Origin: Podarcis vaucheri
Taxonomy: Eukaryota
Assembly (NCBI GenBank): GCA_965113315.1
Contig: OZ220363.1
Strand: one strand, 5' to 3'
DNA length: 64,000 nt
Shown here: piece after piece, positions 1-13,435 of the stretch
Layout: each line of letters opens with the position of its first letter
Numbering within the stretch: the stretch's first letter is position 1
The notes under the pieces: generated by a model
The model's input: only the letters and a program-made list of their open reading frames with translations
Databases searched by the model: none
What the model was told of the DNA's origin: nothing
Program-made: the position numbers and the translations under genes

Positions 1-539
1 TGTCCCACGGACCATCCATAGTGTGTATCTGTGGCCTTCGCCTCCTAGGATGGGTCAAGGAAGGGGTTAAAATGGATGTGGTGTGATTGGCCACTGAGAA
101 TGCAAGGGGGGAGTAGACGTTAGAGGGGAGGTTTTGAAAAAGTCAGTTGAGGTTTGGGAGTTGGGAGTTGAGGTTTGTCAGTTGGGAGTTGAGGCTTGGG
201 TGTTGGAGAAGGAAGAGGGTGGAATAGGCAGTGGGTCGGTCAAGTTGTATTGTGAGAGAGTGAGAGAATTGTTAGGGAGTTAGATAGATAGTTGGGAATA
301 ATTAAGTTTGAAGTTGTTAGGAACTAAGATTTAAGAAACTGACAAGAGAAAAATAAACTGAAACCATACGCTTGTTCCTGCACTTAAAAATAAACTTGAT
401 TATTTGTTTATGTTAACAACTGTCTGGACTCCGTGTGTCCCCGTGAGAAGCGGGGTGGTGGCAGCGAAGAAAGCAACCACAGTGGTGGCACAGGGTCAAT
501 AGACCGTGAAACGTCCGGGGGCCCTGTGTGATCACCACA
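1..539 (+). mobile_element. Probable LTR fragment (solo LTR, 5' end outside the window)
   Basis: Short tandem GTTGGGAGTTGAGG-like units (~144-200), AATAAA signals (~352, ~389), a GC-richer U5-like tail ending ...GATCACCACA, then an abrupt composition change. The 5' TG and TSD are not visible. Confidence 0.4.
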
Positions 540-3500
540 GTACCATATATCAATAAGGAGAGCAGAGGCAACAAAACTGTGAAAGAGGGGTTGAGAATTG
601 GTTAAAATAGTGCAAGGCATAAAGTGAAGGAGCGATTTTGAAAATTCTTTAATGTAGTGGATGGTTCCAATTCTATCTTGATTTATGGGATTGATTTGAA
701 TCCATAATGTTTTGGTTCCTTAAAGTATTGAAAATGAGAGTGAAGAGGAAATAAACAGCTGGACATTACATTTTCCATCAAATGCACATAGCGCTTTGTT
801 TTTCTGTTTGTCTGAGTTCACAATACAGCTTTGAAGTGTACTTTCCATCACACCCTCCTCTCTTGAACTTCATCATAGTTCCAATTTGGTACCTTTTATT
901 ATTACCCACTACTTGCTTGCCAAATTCAAAGTTGTCAGTCTATTTGATTTCCCTTCCTGGTACCTTATAATGGAAAGTTAGCTATTAAGAGACATCTACA
1001 GTGAATAGTTTCTAGATAGAAGTTGAGGGTGTTTTTTGTTTTGTTTTTGTTTTTTAAAAATCTGCTCTGTTTTGGGAATGGTCCAATCAAAATTGTGTGC
1101 TTAATGTTCCATGGGACTTCAAAATGAACTATGGCTGGCCCTTTTATTTATTCATTCAGTTCCCCTGACAATTTCCTAACTGTTAATTTTCATATTACAT
1201 TTGAGCTTTCGCATGTCATGAAAGCCACTTCTGGGAAACTAAGGAATATAGTACATGTTTAGTGCTCATTTCCATGCTATTTAATTCCAGGGGAAAAAAC
1301 ACAACTTTTTTCAGCCCCCTTAATCCAGAAAATCTCAAGAGTAAAGGGACAAATCTGGGGCAGTATATTGGCATACAGTTCTTTCCTGCTTTTTTCATGA
1401 GGGAACATTGTGAGTAGCAATGTTGTCCGGTTGTTGATTCTTGCATCACACCACACCCATTAGTGTGAATGAAATTTAGCACAACATGCTGGCATATTGG
1501 TTTATTTAAGCCACAGTTCCATAACACAATGGGTACTGCTTTGTGAAAGGAACATTTCAAAATGGGACAGAAGCATGAACAATATAATCAGGAGAACTCA
1601 ATACTCTCCATGGCCGAATGTACCCTAAGTTTACCCTACGTCCTACTAAATTTAATGGGACCTTCCCAAGCAAGTGCATATGATTGCAGCCATGCAACCA
1701 GAGACTCCACTTTCTCTGTTACACACCATCCCAATCTCAGAGCAGTGCAAGATTCCAGTGATACAAGGCACACTTAACCAGGGTCCTTTTACACAGTGGA
1801 AACTGTGGTGTCTTTATGATATATGGTTTATTTACACATATATACAACCTGAGCCTACTGTGGTTCAAAGCATTGCACTCAAAGTTTTTGTCTCCCTCAT
1901 GGCTGCAATATTGGATCCCAAACTGTCAGCCCGCATTGTGCTGTGACCCTCTTTTCTCCAGCTTGCAAACTGCTTCCCCAAACACAATTATTCCCCCTTT
2001 TCCTGACACCAGGCCACTGCAACTCTGACACTCCTCTCCTCCCAACTCTGAATTGTCTTTTGCTAACTACCCAGAGCCCAGGGTGGAGCACCATCCCTCT
2101 GCATCTGGCAGAGAGTGTTTGGCTTCTTGGTGGTTTCCTTGATGAGCCATCACCTTGACTTCATCAGGAAGCTGGCCTGGCTTACCTTATTAACATCACT
2201 TATATTTTAACATGCTGAATTTAAATCCAGGCACTGCACAAACTTACAACAACTCAGAAGTCCCACCAAGGACAATGGGGCTTAGTTCCAAGGACGTGTT
2301 CATAGGACTGTGGCTCTTGCTGGATTTCTATCTTACTCGGTACCAAAAGGTATGGTAGGTTTTAACATCTCTAGCTCCAGAAACAAAGTGATTTCTAAAA
2401 CAGAATGCAAGACTTTTAGTTAAATCCCGAGAAATGCCACAGGACAAAAGCTTTCACTATCTACTCCCAACACTGATATTATTCAATTGCCTAAGCAACT
2501 CTCTCAGTTTTGAAAGCAAAAAGGTTAACAAACTAAGCCATTTGATCTGAAATAGCGATCGGTGCTCATTGGTACTGGTGCTCTTCTTGCACTTCTTCGT
2601 GTGTGTGTAATAAAACCAATCCTGTTTTTAAAAAGGAATAATGCTTGAGTTCTCTTGATGTTCAACTGTTGCCCACGAGGTGGCAGCCCAACGATTGTTT
2701 CTTGCAGAGTCTTTGCTGTGGAAGTGCATGGCTGCCCCTCAACAAATACCCAGTGTTCAGTAGCAGAACTAAACAGCTGGCAAATGACCACTGCCTCTCT
2801 CTCCCATGGTGGATAGGATAGGGGATGCTGGCTAGTTACATCAGTTTCTGAGACGAGTTCAAATTCCAGTGTCACTTTGGTCCCTGAAAACCATCTGAAC
2901 TAGGTACGTAAAGCAGTTGTTCAGCAAATCTAGTCCTGTAAGCTGCCTGGCAACCGAAACAATAGCTACTCTCCCTGTAGGTCTGTATTAAATATATAAA
3001 TGGGTGCTGAGAATTCTGATGTTAATATTTTCCCCAAACCTCTTTATTTTTCTCAGCTTTCCAAGCTAGTTAGGTAGTTTGGCTTCTCTGGAAAATGGGA
3101 ATGCCCTAGTACAATGGCAAGACTTCAATTGTCCAATGTTGCATTTGAACTGGAGTTCAACAGGGTTCAGTTCTGAAATATGTGCCAGAGTAATAAAAAT
3201 TGTGCATTAGGCATTATTCAGAAAACCATTTCTTCCCTTGTAGCACTAAGTAACTGCATACATGTTTGTTGGAGGTAGGCCATCCATTTCAGATATATTA
3301 AATCTAGGAATAGAATCATTTCAGGTATCAGAATTAGTACCATTCATCACCTTCTGTTAGCCCAGACCCTGCTGTTTCCTTTTGGGTCGCTTTTCTGGCT
3401 GGCCTGGCCTGGCCTAGCTGTCTGTTTCTGATGACAAAGTTTTCTAGCCTCTCTGGTAAAAGCTTGCGCTTATGTGAACTCTCCTGGAACAAAATTGGCT

Positions 3501-4013
3501 TCCAATTTGAGAGCTGTGTTATTCTTTAAAGAGCCTCAGAGATCAGTGGTGGCTGGTGCCCCATTGGGCCTGGCAGGGCAGAAAGCAGGGAGGTCAACAC
3601 TAGGGGAAGTCAGAGTCAATGACAGTCAGAGTCAGCAAGGCCAACACTGAGACTAAGGAAGAGGATGCTGTCAGTGCCACTCCCTGGAATGGATTTAGGT
3701 AAGAAGGCAGGCAGATGCAAGTTGGCTAAGGGAAGAATGAAGTTGGTGGGGCAGGGCCCTGTTTGCGCTAATGGACCAGGCCACTGGTCTTCAACAGCTG
3801 GGTCATGGCTTGATCCAATGTGGGTTGCAACAGGAACACTGCCACTATGCAAATATATGGTAAAAGGTCTCTAAACAGGTTAAAAGTGAGTCCTGAAAAG
3901 GTTGACAGCAGCTGATCTAGACAGTAGAGTTTGGAATACCAATTCTGCACTGGCAGAATCAACCAAGTATTCATACAATCAGCAGAATTAAGTGGTAAGG
4001 CTGGACTGCACCA

Positions 4014-4066
4014 TGTGTGTGGGTGTGGGTGTGGGTGTGTGGGTGAGAGAGAGAGAGAGAGAGAGC
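4014..4066. repeat. Compound TG/GGGTGT + (GA)n microsatellite
   Basis: tgtgtgtgggtgtgggtgtgggtgtgtgggtgagagagagagagagagagag seen directly. Confidence 0.9.
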
Positions 4067-5217
4067 GCACAAGAGAGAGCCTGCAGCCTGAAGCAGAACA
4101 ATGGAGAGGGGGAAATGTAGCAGTTGATTCTTCAGGTTGCCTCAAATGACCCTACTGCTGCAATCCTATACAGTGGGGCTTTTGCAGAGTAAAATCCTTT
4201 TCCAAGGGAAGGGAAGCTATGGTGGCCACTCCTTTGAACAAGGCCCCAAAGGCTGGTTGTCAGGACAGGCTCTGAGCTGATTCTGCCCATTTAGTAGACA
4301 GAGGAATTAGTCGGTCTTGCCCTCCAACTGGAGGTTTCCTCTGGCTCTTAGCTGTCTCTCTGTGATAGCAGGGGCAACCTAGAATGAGTGGAATGCAAAG
4401 GACCGTGGAGTAAGTGTATTCCTGCCAAAGCCCTGTCTGCTTTTCCCCAGGAACTAAATTATAAATGTAAGATGCTTAAGATTTATATTGGCATGGTGTG
4501 TGTGTAGTATCTTCTATCTAACTCAAGTTTAAATTGCGCCTCATTAGAGGACCCCCAGGTGTACATAGGAAGCTGCCTTATAAACATAGCTTAGAGAATT
4601 GGTCCATCTAGCTCAGTTATGTCTCAGTTGTCTGGCTGTCTGACATGAGTCTTCCCCGAGGACTGAATCTAAGACCTTTTGCTTGCAAAACATATATGCT
4701 ACCACTGAGTTATGCTTGTAAATCGAGAGTGCTTTTATTTGTTTTCTCCAATAAAGCTGTTTGCCAAACTGTTCTTAAACCACACATCTTTTCTTTGACT
4801 TCCAATTCCTGGCAATGCCTTGCAACTAGAAACAAGAATGATAACATTTCCTTATAAGGTAAATTTGCACATAACCCATCAAAAATTGTTAGCAAAGTCA
4901 GGAGAAGTTTCACATCTATCACCTCTCCTAGAATATTTCAGTAAGGACTTCTCTGTGACAGGTTTACAGAAGGCTATTCCTATGAAGGAAATTATCACAG
5001 GTTTCCTGAAAAATATTATTTAAGCCACCATGGCAATGATGAGGTAAAATTGCCCAGCTGCTGTGATGATCTGCTTCATATCAGTTTACTCTGTGAACTA
5101 AGCTCCACTAGGTTTCCATTCTATCCCTTTTATATGGAACTGTTATTTTTGACCACTTACTTTTTCTGCAGAATCAAAACAGTGTTGTAATCAAATTATT
5201 GCAGCCCAGTATTCATG

Positions 5218-5724
5218 CAGCATCTTAAAAAGCAGAGACATCACCTTGCCGACAAAGGTCCGTATAGTTAAAGCTATGGTTTTCCCAGTAGTGATGTATG
5301 GAAGTGAGATCTGGACCATAAAGAAGGCTGATCGCCGAAGAATTGATGCTTTTGAATTATGGTGCTGGAGGAGACTCTTGAGAGTCCCATGGACTGCAAG
5401 AAGATCAAACCTATCCATTCTTAAGGAAATCAGCCCTGAGTGCTCACTGGAAGGACAGATCCTGAAGCTGAGGCTCCAATACTTTGGCCACCTCATGAGA
5501 AGAGAAGACTCCCTGGAAAATACCCTGATGTTGGGAAAGATCACAAGGAGCACAAGGAGAAGGAGATGACAGAGGACGAGATAGTTGGACAGTGTTCTCA
5601 AAGCTACCAACATGAGTGACCAAACTGCGGGAGGCAGTGGAAGACAGGAGTGCCTGGTGTGCTCTGGTCCTTGGGGTCACAAAGAGTCGGACACGACTAA
5701 ATGACTAAACAACTAAACAACAAC
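5218..5724 (+). mobile_element. BovB (RTE-clade LINE), 5'-truncated 3' end
   Basis: ORF 5246-5569 (TKVRIVKAMVFPVVMYGSEIWTIKKADRRRIDAFELWCWRRLLRVPWTARRSN) is the typical RTE/BovB C-terminus. Tail ...GACACGACTAAATGACTAAACAACTAAACAACAAC. 7-bp TSD ATTCATG at 5211-5217 and 5725-5731. Confidence 0.93.
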
Positions 5725-7439
5725 ATTCATGAAGCAGTGTTTTCTCTTTTAGGTTGTGTCCCTCCCACAAGACTGATTTGTAGTAATTTTTTAATGCTTG
5801 TTATCATCAGTTCTTTCTGCCCTCAAAAAAATTGCAATACATACTCTTCTCAGGAAGGAACAGCAAAGTTTGGAGCAGTAGTTCAAACAGCTGCCTGCCC
5901 AGTTAAAGGCACAAAACTACCAGCAAAAGTATCTGCAAATAAATGGTTTGATAGGGAGTTGTCAGTATTAGGAGGGATATTTTATTGTGGAAAGATCAAA
6001 TGCCAGGAGTCAAACTCCTATTATGAATTATGGGTTAGGGGCTTTTCCGCACCAAACTTTTGTAAATTTGAGGCTCGTTTGAGTCCAGTTTTTCTAGCCA
6101 TCGTCCATATCATGTTGCCCTCAGCTAGACTCTATCTCATGTTTTATTTTGTACAGTGAATTTGGATTCCCCTAAAGTATAATAGTTTTTCATTTGTAAG
6201 ATAAGATGTCTAGGGAATCTTGGCAAATGTTGATTGCTGCTTCCCTTTCTGAAAATCTTTCTGGATGTTTGTCTCAAGAGGTTGTATTCAACTAACACTA
6301 AATGTAATTTCAGCATCAGTCTTCCCAGCTCTCAAATGTAGTTTTTCTGGGTTCCTGTGGAAAATTTCCCATTTGCAGGTCTTGGCATTTTATTTCTTCT
6401 TTTTGATTGTAATTAAGGATTAACCCTATGTAAGTTTATTTTTGCATTGTATGGGAGGAGAGATTTAATTTCATCTCATCATTCCTTTATTTTCTTTTTT
6501 TATAGCAAGATAGCATTATTTCATTTTCTTTGGAAAGTGTGCTTTCAAAGGAAAATCACAATACTTCCATCATGGTGTTACAGTGCCTGGAAAAAGCTAC
6601 ATTAGTTCCGAGCTCCAGAATCTCTGTCCATTTTATATATGTTTACAAGTTAGAGATGGAGCTAAAGAAACAACAAAAATCCAAATCAGTATTCCTTTTT
6701 CTATCAGTTAACATCCATAAAAATTCACTAATTGCTATTTACAATAATGTCCAAGGGATACTAACGAAGATTTCTTTTCATTCAGCATTACATAACTTAA
6801 TTACTCATCGGATTGTCAAGGTCTAACTTTGTACACATATCTGAAAAGTATACTGTCCTTCTGTAGCATGCTGAACAAACTTGTATGTTTACACCTGTGG
6901 TTTGTATGACCTACTTTCCAGAATTCGCCCTCAAAGGAAAACCAGTCTTCCTGCATCTCATATGTTATGAAAGCAACCACAGATGATGATGGGTGATGGC
7001 TGTGCTCTTATTGCTAGCTCATCTATAGCCAGGTAAGTCCAAATACCCTTTCCTAGAATTGATGGGTATGGCATCTGAACCATTGTTTAAAATAGAGTAA
7101 AAAAAAAAAATCAGCAAAAAGCTTGGCAGACAACATACAAGCCTACTTTCACATCACATATTATTTTAGCTTTCAGCTCACATCCAGCAAGCAGTGCCCT
7201 CCAGATCTTCGGATTAATTAAAGAGGATCCGCATCCAGCCCTCCTAATACCACCCAATTTAGCTTCCGTTGATTCTAACACTACAAGTGTAAAGTGATGC
7301 AATTCAGCACACACACAAAAAAACCTTAATTTCACAGATATGCTCATGAGGTATGAACTGGTACTGACTGAGATCAGGAGTGAGACCTTGGGGTGGTAGT
7401 GGATAGCTTGATGAAGTTGTCAACCCAATGTGCAGTAAG

Positions 7440-7443
<4 letters not shown>

Positions 7444-7485
<42 letters not shown>

Positions 7486-7725
7486 TACTACTACAATATT
7501 TGAATTTATATACTGCCCTATACTCGGAGGTCTCAGGCCCGTTCACAGAAAAGAGCAACATAAAAACCACAATATATATATTCAAAATAAAACCACAACC
7601 CAATAACACCCCCCCCAAAAAGAGCCACATTTTAAAAGAGCATAGGATGTCAATCAGATCAACTAAAGACCTGGTTAAAAAGGAACGTTTCTGCCTGGCA
7701 CCTAAAGGTGTATAATGAAGGCAAA
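7444..7725 (-). mobile_element. L2-like LINE 3' end with (ATT)n tail
   Basis: (ATT)n/(ACT)n run followed by TTTATATACTGCCCT...GGAACGTTTCTGCCTGGCACCTAAA, similar to the L2 copy at 36657-37185. The poly-Leu and poly-Asn ORFs are artefacts of the microsatellite. Confidence 0.65.
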
Positions 7726-7909
7726 TTCTATGTTAGGGGTCATTATGGAAGGAGCTGAAAATAAAACTGCTGAGATCATAATGCCATATACAGATCTAGG
7801 ATGCAACCACATTTGGAATACTATGTGAGTTGGAAAAGCTTCAGAAAACAGCAACCAAAGTGATCAAGCTTACTGTGTGACCTTAGACTAGTCACTGTCT
7901 CTCAGCTTA

Positions 7910-8260
7910 AAAAGGTAAAGGGACCCCTGACCATTAGGTCCAGTCGTGACCGACTCTGGGGTTGTGGCGCTCATCTTGCTTTATTGGCTGAGGGAGCCGG
8001 CGTACAGCTTCCGGGTCATGTGGCCAGCATGACTAAGCCGCTTCTGGCGAACCAGAGCAGTGTACGGAAATGCCGTTTACCTTCCCGCCGGAGCGGTACC
8101 TATTTATCTACTTGCACTTGATGTGCTTTCGAACTGCTAGGTTGACAGGAGCTGGGACCAAACAACAGGAGCTCACCCCGTTGCAGGGATTTGAACCGCC
8201 GAACTTCTGATTGGCAAGTCCTAGGCTCTGTGGTTTAACCCACACGCCACCTGCGTCCCA
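7910..8260 (-). mobile_element. Sauria SINE, full length
   Basis: AAAGGTAAAGGG is the reverse of the (ACCTTT)n tail; tRNA-like head at the right end. 13-bp TSD GTCTCTCAGCTTA at 7897-7909 and 8262-8274. Closely similar to the copy at 26298. Confidence 0.92.
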
Positions 8261-8979
8261 CGTCTCTCAGCTTAGCCTACTTCAAAATGAATTTGTGACA
8301 GTATTATGGGGTGGGGACTCTGCATACCACCTTCAGTTCCTTAGAGGGAGGGTGGGATCTAAACATATAAATAACAATAAACAAATGTATAACAGGTATT
8401 GCTTATAACACCAGTTGAATGGAATGCTTGTCAAGGACTATGAATGTTGCTGTTCTGTTCTGGTTGCTGAGGGCGGCTCAGCAGACGTTGCAAAACTGTG
8501 GAGAGCACCAAGGGAGCAACATGTTTCCAACAAATGCTAATGGTAGAATGACCTCTTTTGAACCTCTGCCTACAGTCCACGTCTCCTGATACTAAATTAG
8601 GCATTTAAAATTTGCTAACTAATCAAGTCAATGTAATTAGACACCTTACTATTTGTTTTAGTGTGAAGCAATGTAAGGTATGCAAGTGTGAAAGGCCTTT
8701 GCAATTTTTACCTTGAGGGCCTGAGGGGGAAAAAAAATCTCCCCCCAAATGAACATAATTGAATGTGAGGGGAAGGATACTTTTTATTATGCTACTCTAT
8801 AGTCCAACAGCAGCAATAAACAGGCTGGGTAAATAAAGGGGCCTTCTGATTTACAGATATTTTTGACCAATGAACCAGAGCTTGAATTTAGGCAAAATTC
8901 ACACTGGTGACAGCACAATAACTCAGCAATGATAAGTAAATGAACACTTGTAATGCAACAGAAAAACACTGCCTCTATT

Positions 8980-9420
8980 CAGACTGAACTGTATTCAAAT
9001 GAATTTCTTGATAAGTTGTCAGTCAGCAGTTTCATTCTGGAGTTTCCCTTTGAAGTTCTCCTGTTCAAAGATGACCACCTTGAGGTCAGTAACAGAGTGT
9101 CCTGGTAAAGTGAAATGTTCCTCTCCTGGATTCTGAATACTGCTATTTCTGTTGTCTGATTTGTGTCCCATTGATTCTTTTGCATAGGGACTGGCCTCTT
9201 GATGGCATATATCAAATGTGCTGGCAGATGATGACATATATCACACTGGAAGATGAACAGGTGAATGAACTCTTGATGTTCTTGCTGACATTTGGCCCTC
9301 TAATTGTGCTGCCTGAGTAGATAAGCCCAGACAGAATTGGCTGCTGGGTTCGTGGCGGAATCTGGTTCCTGAGTTTTGTACCTCTGAGACCTGTTGTTGC
9401 TGGTGAGCAGCTTATTGATT
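8980..9420 (-). pseudogene. Penelope-like retroelement GIY-YIG endonuclease fragment, frameshifted
   Basis: Broken minus-strand ORFs give TIRGPNVSKNIKSSFTCSSSSVIYVIICQ and GHKSDNRNSSIQNPGEEHFTLPGHSVTDLKVVIFEQENFKGKLQNETA, matching the PLE GIY-YIG pattern (FTCxSxNVIYxIxC; GHKSD; EHF). Confidence 0.8.
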
Positions 9421-9601
9421 TGACTTGGTTTCTTACCCACCCATTAACACAAGGTCGGGTTACAACAATAAAATACGCAATTGTCAAACAAAGAAAACAG
9501 CTATTTGCATAAAACAAGAAAAATGTAAAAACAGTTCTTGTATACAAAACAATTAAAAATAATTCCGTATATAAGAAAAATACAATCATTTAAAAACAGT
9601 T

Positions 9602-9804
9602 ACAGATAGGTAGCCGTGTTGGTCTGCCATAGTCAAAATAAAAAAATTCCTTCCTGTAGCACCTTAAAGACCAACTAAGTTAGTTCTTGGTATAAGCTTT
9701 CGTGTGCATGCACACTTGGTATCTGAAGAAGTGTGCATGCACACGAAAGCTTATACCAAGAACTAACTTAGTTGGTCTTTAAGGTGCTACAGGAAGGAAT
9801 TTTT
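9602..9804. mobile_element. Penelope-like terminal repeat insertion as an inverted (palindromic) pair
   Basis: About 75-bp perfect inverted arms (~9641-9717 vs ~9729-9805). 16-bp TSD TCATTTAAAAACAGTT at 9586-9601 and 9805-9820. The same family occurs at 39699 and 57605. Confidence 0.8.
9715..9760 (+). ncRNA. Minimal type I hammerhead ribozyme motif (PLE-associated)
   Basis: CTTGGTAT [stem I] CTGAAGA A GTGTG-CATG-CACAC [stem II] GAAA GCT T ATACCAAG [stem I']. Core CUGANGA and GAAA are present; stem III is reduced to the palindrome AGCU. Confidence 0.7.
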
Positions 9805-12800
9805 TCATTTAAAAACAGTTCAGTATATAGAAACAGTTAAAAAATAGTTCCAGTACAACTACAGACTGCAATAAAGATATGTTCTGGTCAGCCCCAATTG
9901 AGCATGAGTTTCTCCAGTCATGGTTTGTATAATGCCATCGCTCTTTTTAATTCAAGCTATATCACCTAGATTGCGTTCTTTAGGTCTGTTTTGGTTTCAA
10001 ATCCAGAAGCAAAAAACTGAGTTCCAGAGTCCTTATACATTGGGATTGTTTGTTTGTTTAAATACTTAAATATTTCTACACCGCTGCACCTTAAAAATAT
10101 ATCACAGTGGTTTACAACAACATAGAAACATAAAACCAGGCAATAAAATCATAAAAGGTTCAAAACAAGTTAAAAGCAAAAGCAAAACTAAAAACAAAGA
10201 TCAACAGAACATATTTATATGTAATGTAGGTGAATGAGCAGGCAAAGGCCAGGTCTCTCCAGCTGAGGCTTGGTCTGAAAGCCTCCCTTAATTCAATTGC
10301 CATATGCTACCAACCACAATGGGTGCCATTGACCTAGAGAAGCTATAATACGCTTAATAAAAACCAGGACTCTGTTCTTTCCCCATCTGTTGGAGAGTTT
10401 AGGCAGTTAGCTTTTCAGCAGGAGAATGGACCCACCAGCTTTAACATTAAAAATTGTTTATATTGTCATCAATAAGTACCAGGGCCGTCGTGGCACAAAG
10501 ATCCCTCCGGTGGCACCTCCCCCCATTTTCCAGAGTTGTTAACCTTTTTTAAGGGGAGGACCCCAAAGTTGTTGTTGACCTTTTGGGGGGGGGGAGCTGA
10601 CACCACGCTTACACATTATCTGTAACAAGCCGTTAGAACAAAATAAAATGAAAAGGCAGAAGAAAATCTAATGAAGTCCTCAATTCCAAAGCAAGACTCA
10701 TTCAAGACTCAGCAGTTCTTCTAATTCATCCTCATGATTCAAATCACCACATATCAAAAAGTTAAAGCAATCACCAGTTTGTTGTTCTTTAATAAAATTG
10801 ATAAAGACACAGAGAATGATGTTCCTGCCCAAGTTGTGTTTAAGTACAAAGCTGACGTTTTCAAATATTGTGGGGAGTGGGGATGTGTGGGTGTATAGCA
10901 GTGACATCCTGAACCTAAAAAGGATCCAAAACTTGGGTCACAAAGGCTGCAGCCCTAGCTGCACTTACTTGAGAATAAGCCCTGCTGAATCTAATAGGAC
11001 CTTAAAACCCGCCCCCGTCTTTAAAGGACTTTTTGCTGGTGTTTGTTTTTAACCACTAACTGCATGGAGAGCACGCTCTCGAGCCCATCCTTACCTCTGA
11101 ACTGAGTCTTAATGGTAGTGCACCCCCCCAGCTTTCCCCTCCCACCGCCCCAAATCTGAATGAATCCCTCCTCCACCTTTTTCCTCAATGAAGGGGGTGG
11201 AGGCAACGTTCTTGGCACCCCTCCTCATCCTCCCTGCCCCCTGCACTGGGCAGCTTGAGCCTCGCTTGCCACACGGGCTTCCTCAGCAGTCCCGCTACTG
11301 CCGCGGGGCGGGCAGGAGGGAGAAGGGTGCCACATAGCTTTGTGTGCTGCCACCACTGCCTCCTCTCCCAGGCAGGAAACAAGAGAGTGCAGCTGGCTGT
11401 AGGAAGATCCACCGCCACCGCCGCCACCCAGCATGTCCTCACAGATGTTCCTGGTTGGTCCCAGACTCCCACCCCGATGGGTGAGTGCCGTGGCACAGGG
11501 CACCACTAACCCTAATGGGTAGCACGGCCCTGATAAGTACACAGCACAATTCTCGCAACAGAGGGGGGATAAAATGTAGCTTAATTAGGCAAAGTGAGAT
11601 GTTCCTTATGTGAACATCCCTTCTATTCAGCATCCTTGCTGCCTCTGGCAGAAAGTCTTTATCTTTGAAACTCTTTTATCACGATGATCCTAAAATCAGA
11701 CAAATTATATCAATGTAATTAGACTGTTTATTTGAAATTTACACACTTGTTAATTGGTCTAAAATGAGAAATGGGGATGAAAATTATACACATCATTAGC
11801 ATATTAGGATAGGTAATCACTTCAGGAAAACAATGGAACAATCATATTTTTGGCAATCGTAATACAATTGAAGCAGATAGCTGAAGGAATACAGATTGGG
11901 GCATGATTAATCCCCTTGTACAACGAACATTAAAGAAGATAGGAGTCATGGAATTGTAAAATAAGAGCCTGATTGGGCCAAAACAGTAAGAAAAAAGTAT
12001 TTGCTTGCATGCAATTATTATCCTTAGTTCCATGGAGCTCCTCCCCAACTCACGGCTTCTGCTGCTTGATGTAGTAAGCAAAGATGCCTATGGATAGATT
12101 TGAAAACCAGCTTGAAACAAATGTCCATTTCTAAATAAATTAAAATGAGGGGAAATTTTTTTAATGGGCTGTGGGAGTTCAGTAGCCACTTCTCACTTGT
12201 GTATTATGTGTGGTTTTGGAGGAGAGAGGCAACTAACATTAAATAGATGAATAAATAAATAATAATATCACAACTGTGTTCAAAAGAAAACTCAGCTAAA
12301 ATAGGTGTGTGCATAAAAACCCCCAACAACCACCGGTGTAGTTTATTGGCCATGAGGAAACATCAGCTTCTGCTCCTTACAAGTGGCTTCACTGCTATGT
12401 GGCTTTGCCCCACCCTGCCTCAGAAGAGCACTTGGTCACTGCACTTCTGGTTCTTTATAGAAACTTCCCCTGGTAGAAAACTTTGTGTGACAAAACATTT
12501 GCCACTCCTAGTCCCTGCCCTACTTCCTTACTCTTCAGGCTTTCCCTTGTAGCTTCAGCTGCACACCAAAAGGTTGTTTCCATTACATTATGAAAATAGG
12601 CTGCCATCCTCCAGCATCAGGGTCAAGAGTCTTCAGCCTCCCAAGTCTGCAATTTTATCTTTTTTCCAGGATTTCTGCCCCCTTGCTTCAAATCTGTAAC
12701 AGGCAAAATCCAATATAAGCTTCTGAAAGGACCCCTGAGCATGGTTGTTAGACTAGTATTGTGTTCTGTGATTGCTTTGGAGATGTCATAAAAGACGGAG

Positions 12801-13435
12801 CAGAAGTAATATCTGAAGAACTGCTAGGAGAAGTCAAAGGTGGAGATTTAAAAGACGTGAGGCCTTGCATCTTTTCTGTGGTGATCTTGGTGCTCCTACC
12901 TTCTTGGTATGGTTGCAATAGTTTGCAGTAAGGGGGGGGACACACCCCACACAACCCCCCCTTTTAGTTAAAGAGAATAGTCGCCATTCACTTTTATTCT
13001 TTCCTCTGCCTTGGAGAAAGCAGTGAGAATGGTCTCCATTTGAGTTTGGTTAGAAATATTTTATTGCTGTGGAATCATATTATCACTCAGGACCTCTTTT
13101 TGTCAATATGAAATGATCTGTTGGATACACTACTGCAGAATTACAGAATATCATTTTTGAAGGCGCAGATAATGTTAGAAAGATTATGCTGAATAAACAA
13201 AAGTGTTAATATCGAGAAGAGTTTGCCAGAAAATCTAGATCGAAATACTTTTGGTTCTTTCTCCCCCTCAGTGGAACCCACAAGTTAAGAGAGATAAAGC
13301 TTAATCTTTTATTTGCATAAGAAAGACACAGTTGCTTATGGGACGTCTCTTTTCTCTGGTGAGTACTTCTAAGCCTGAGAAACTATTTTTATTAGAGCTC
13401 TTCTTTAGAAAAACGCATTTGCAAGCCATACAGTT

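Noticed and set aside
7304-7715. Poly-Leu / poly-Asn ORFs resembling a signal peptide
   Set aside because: They are translations of the (ATT)n microsatellite; the same applies to the ORFs at 34156-34608 and 39462-39707.
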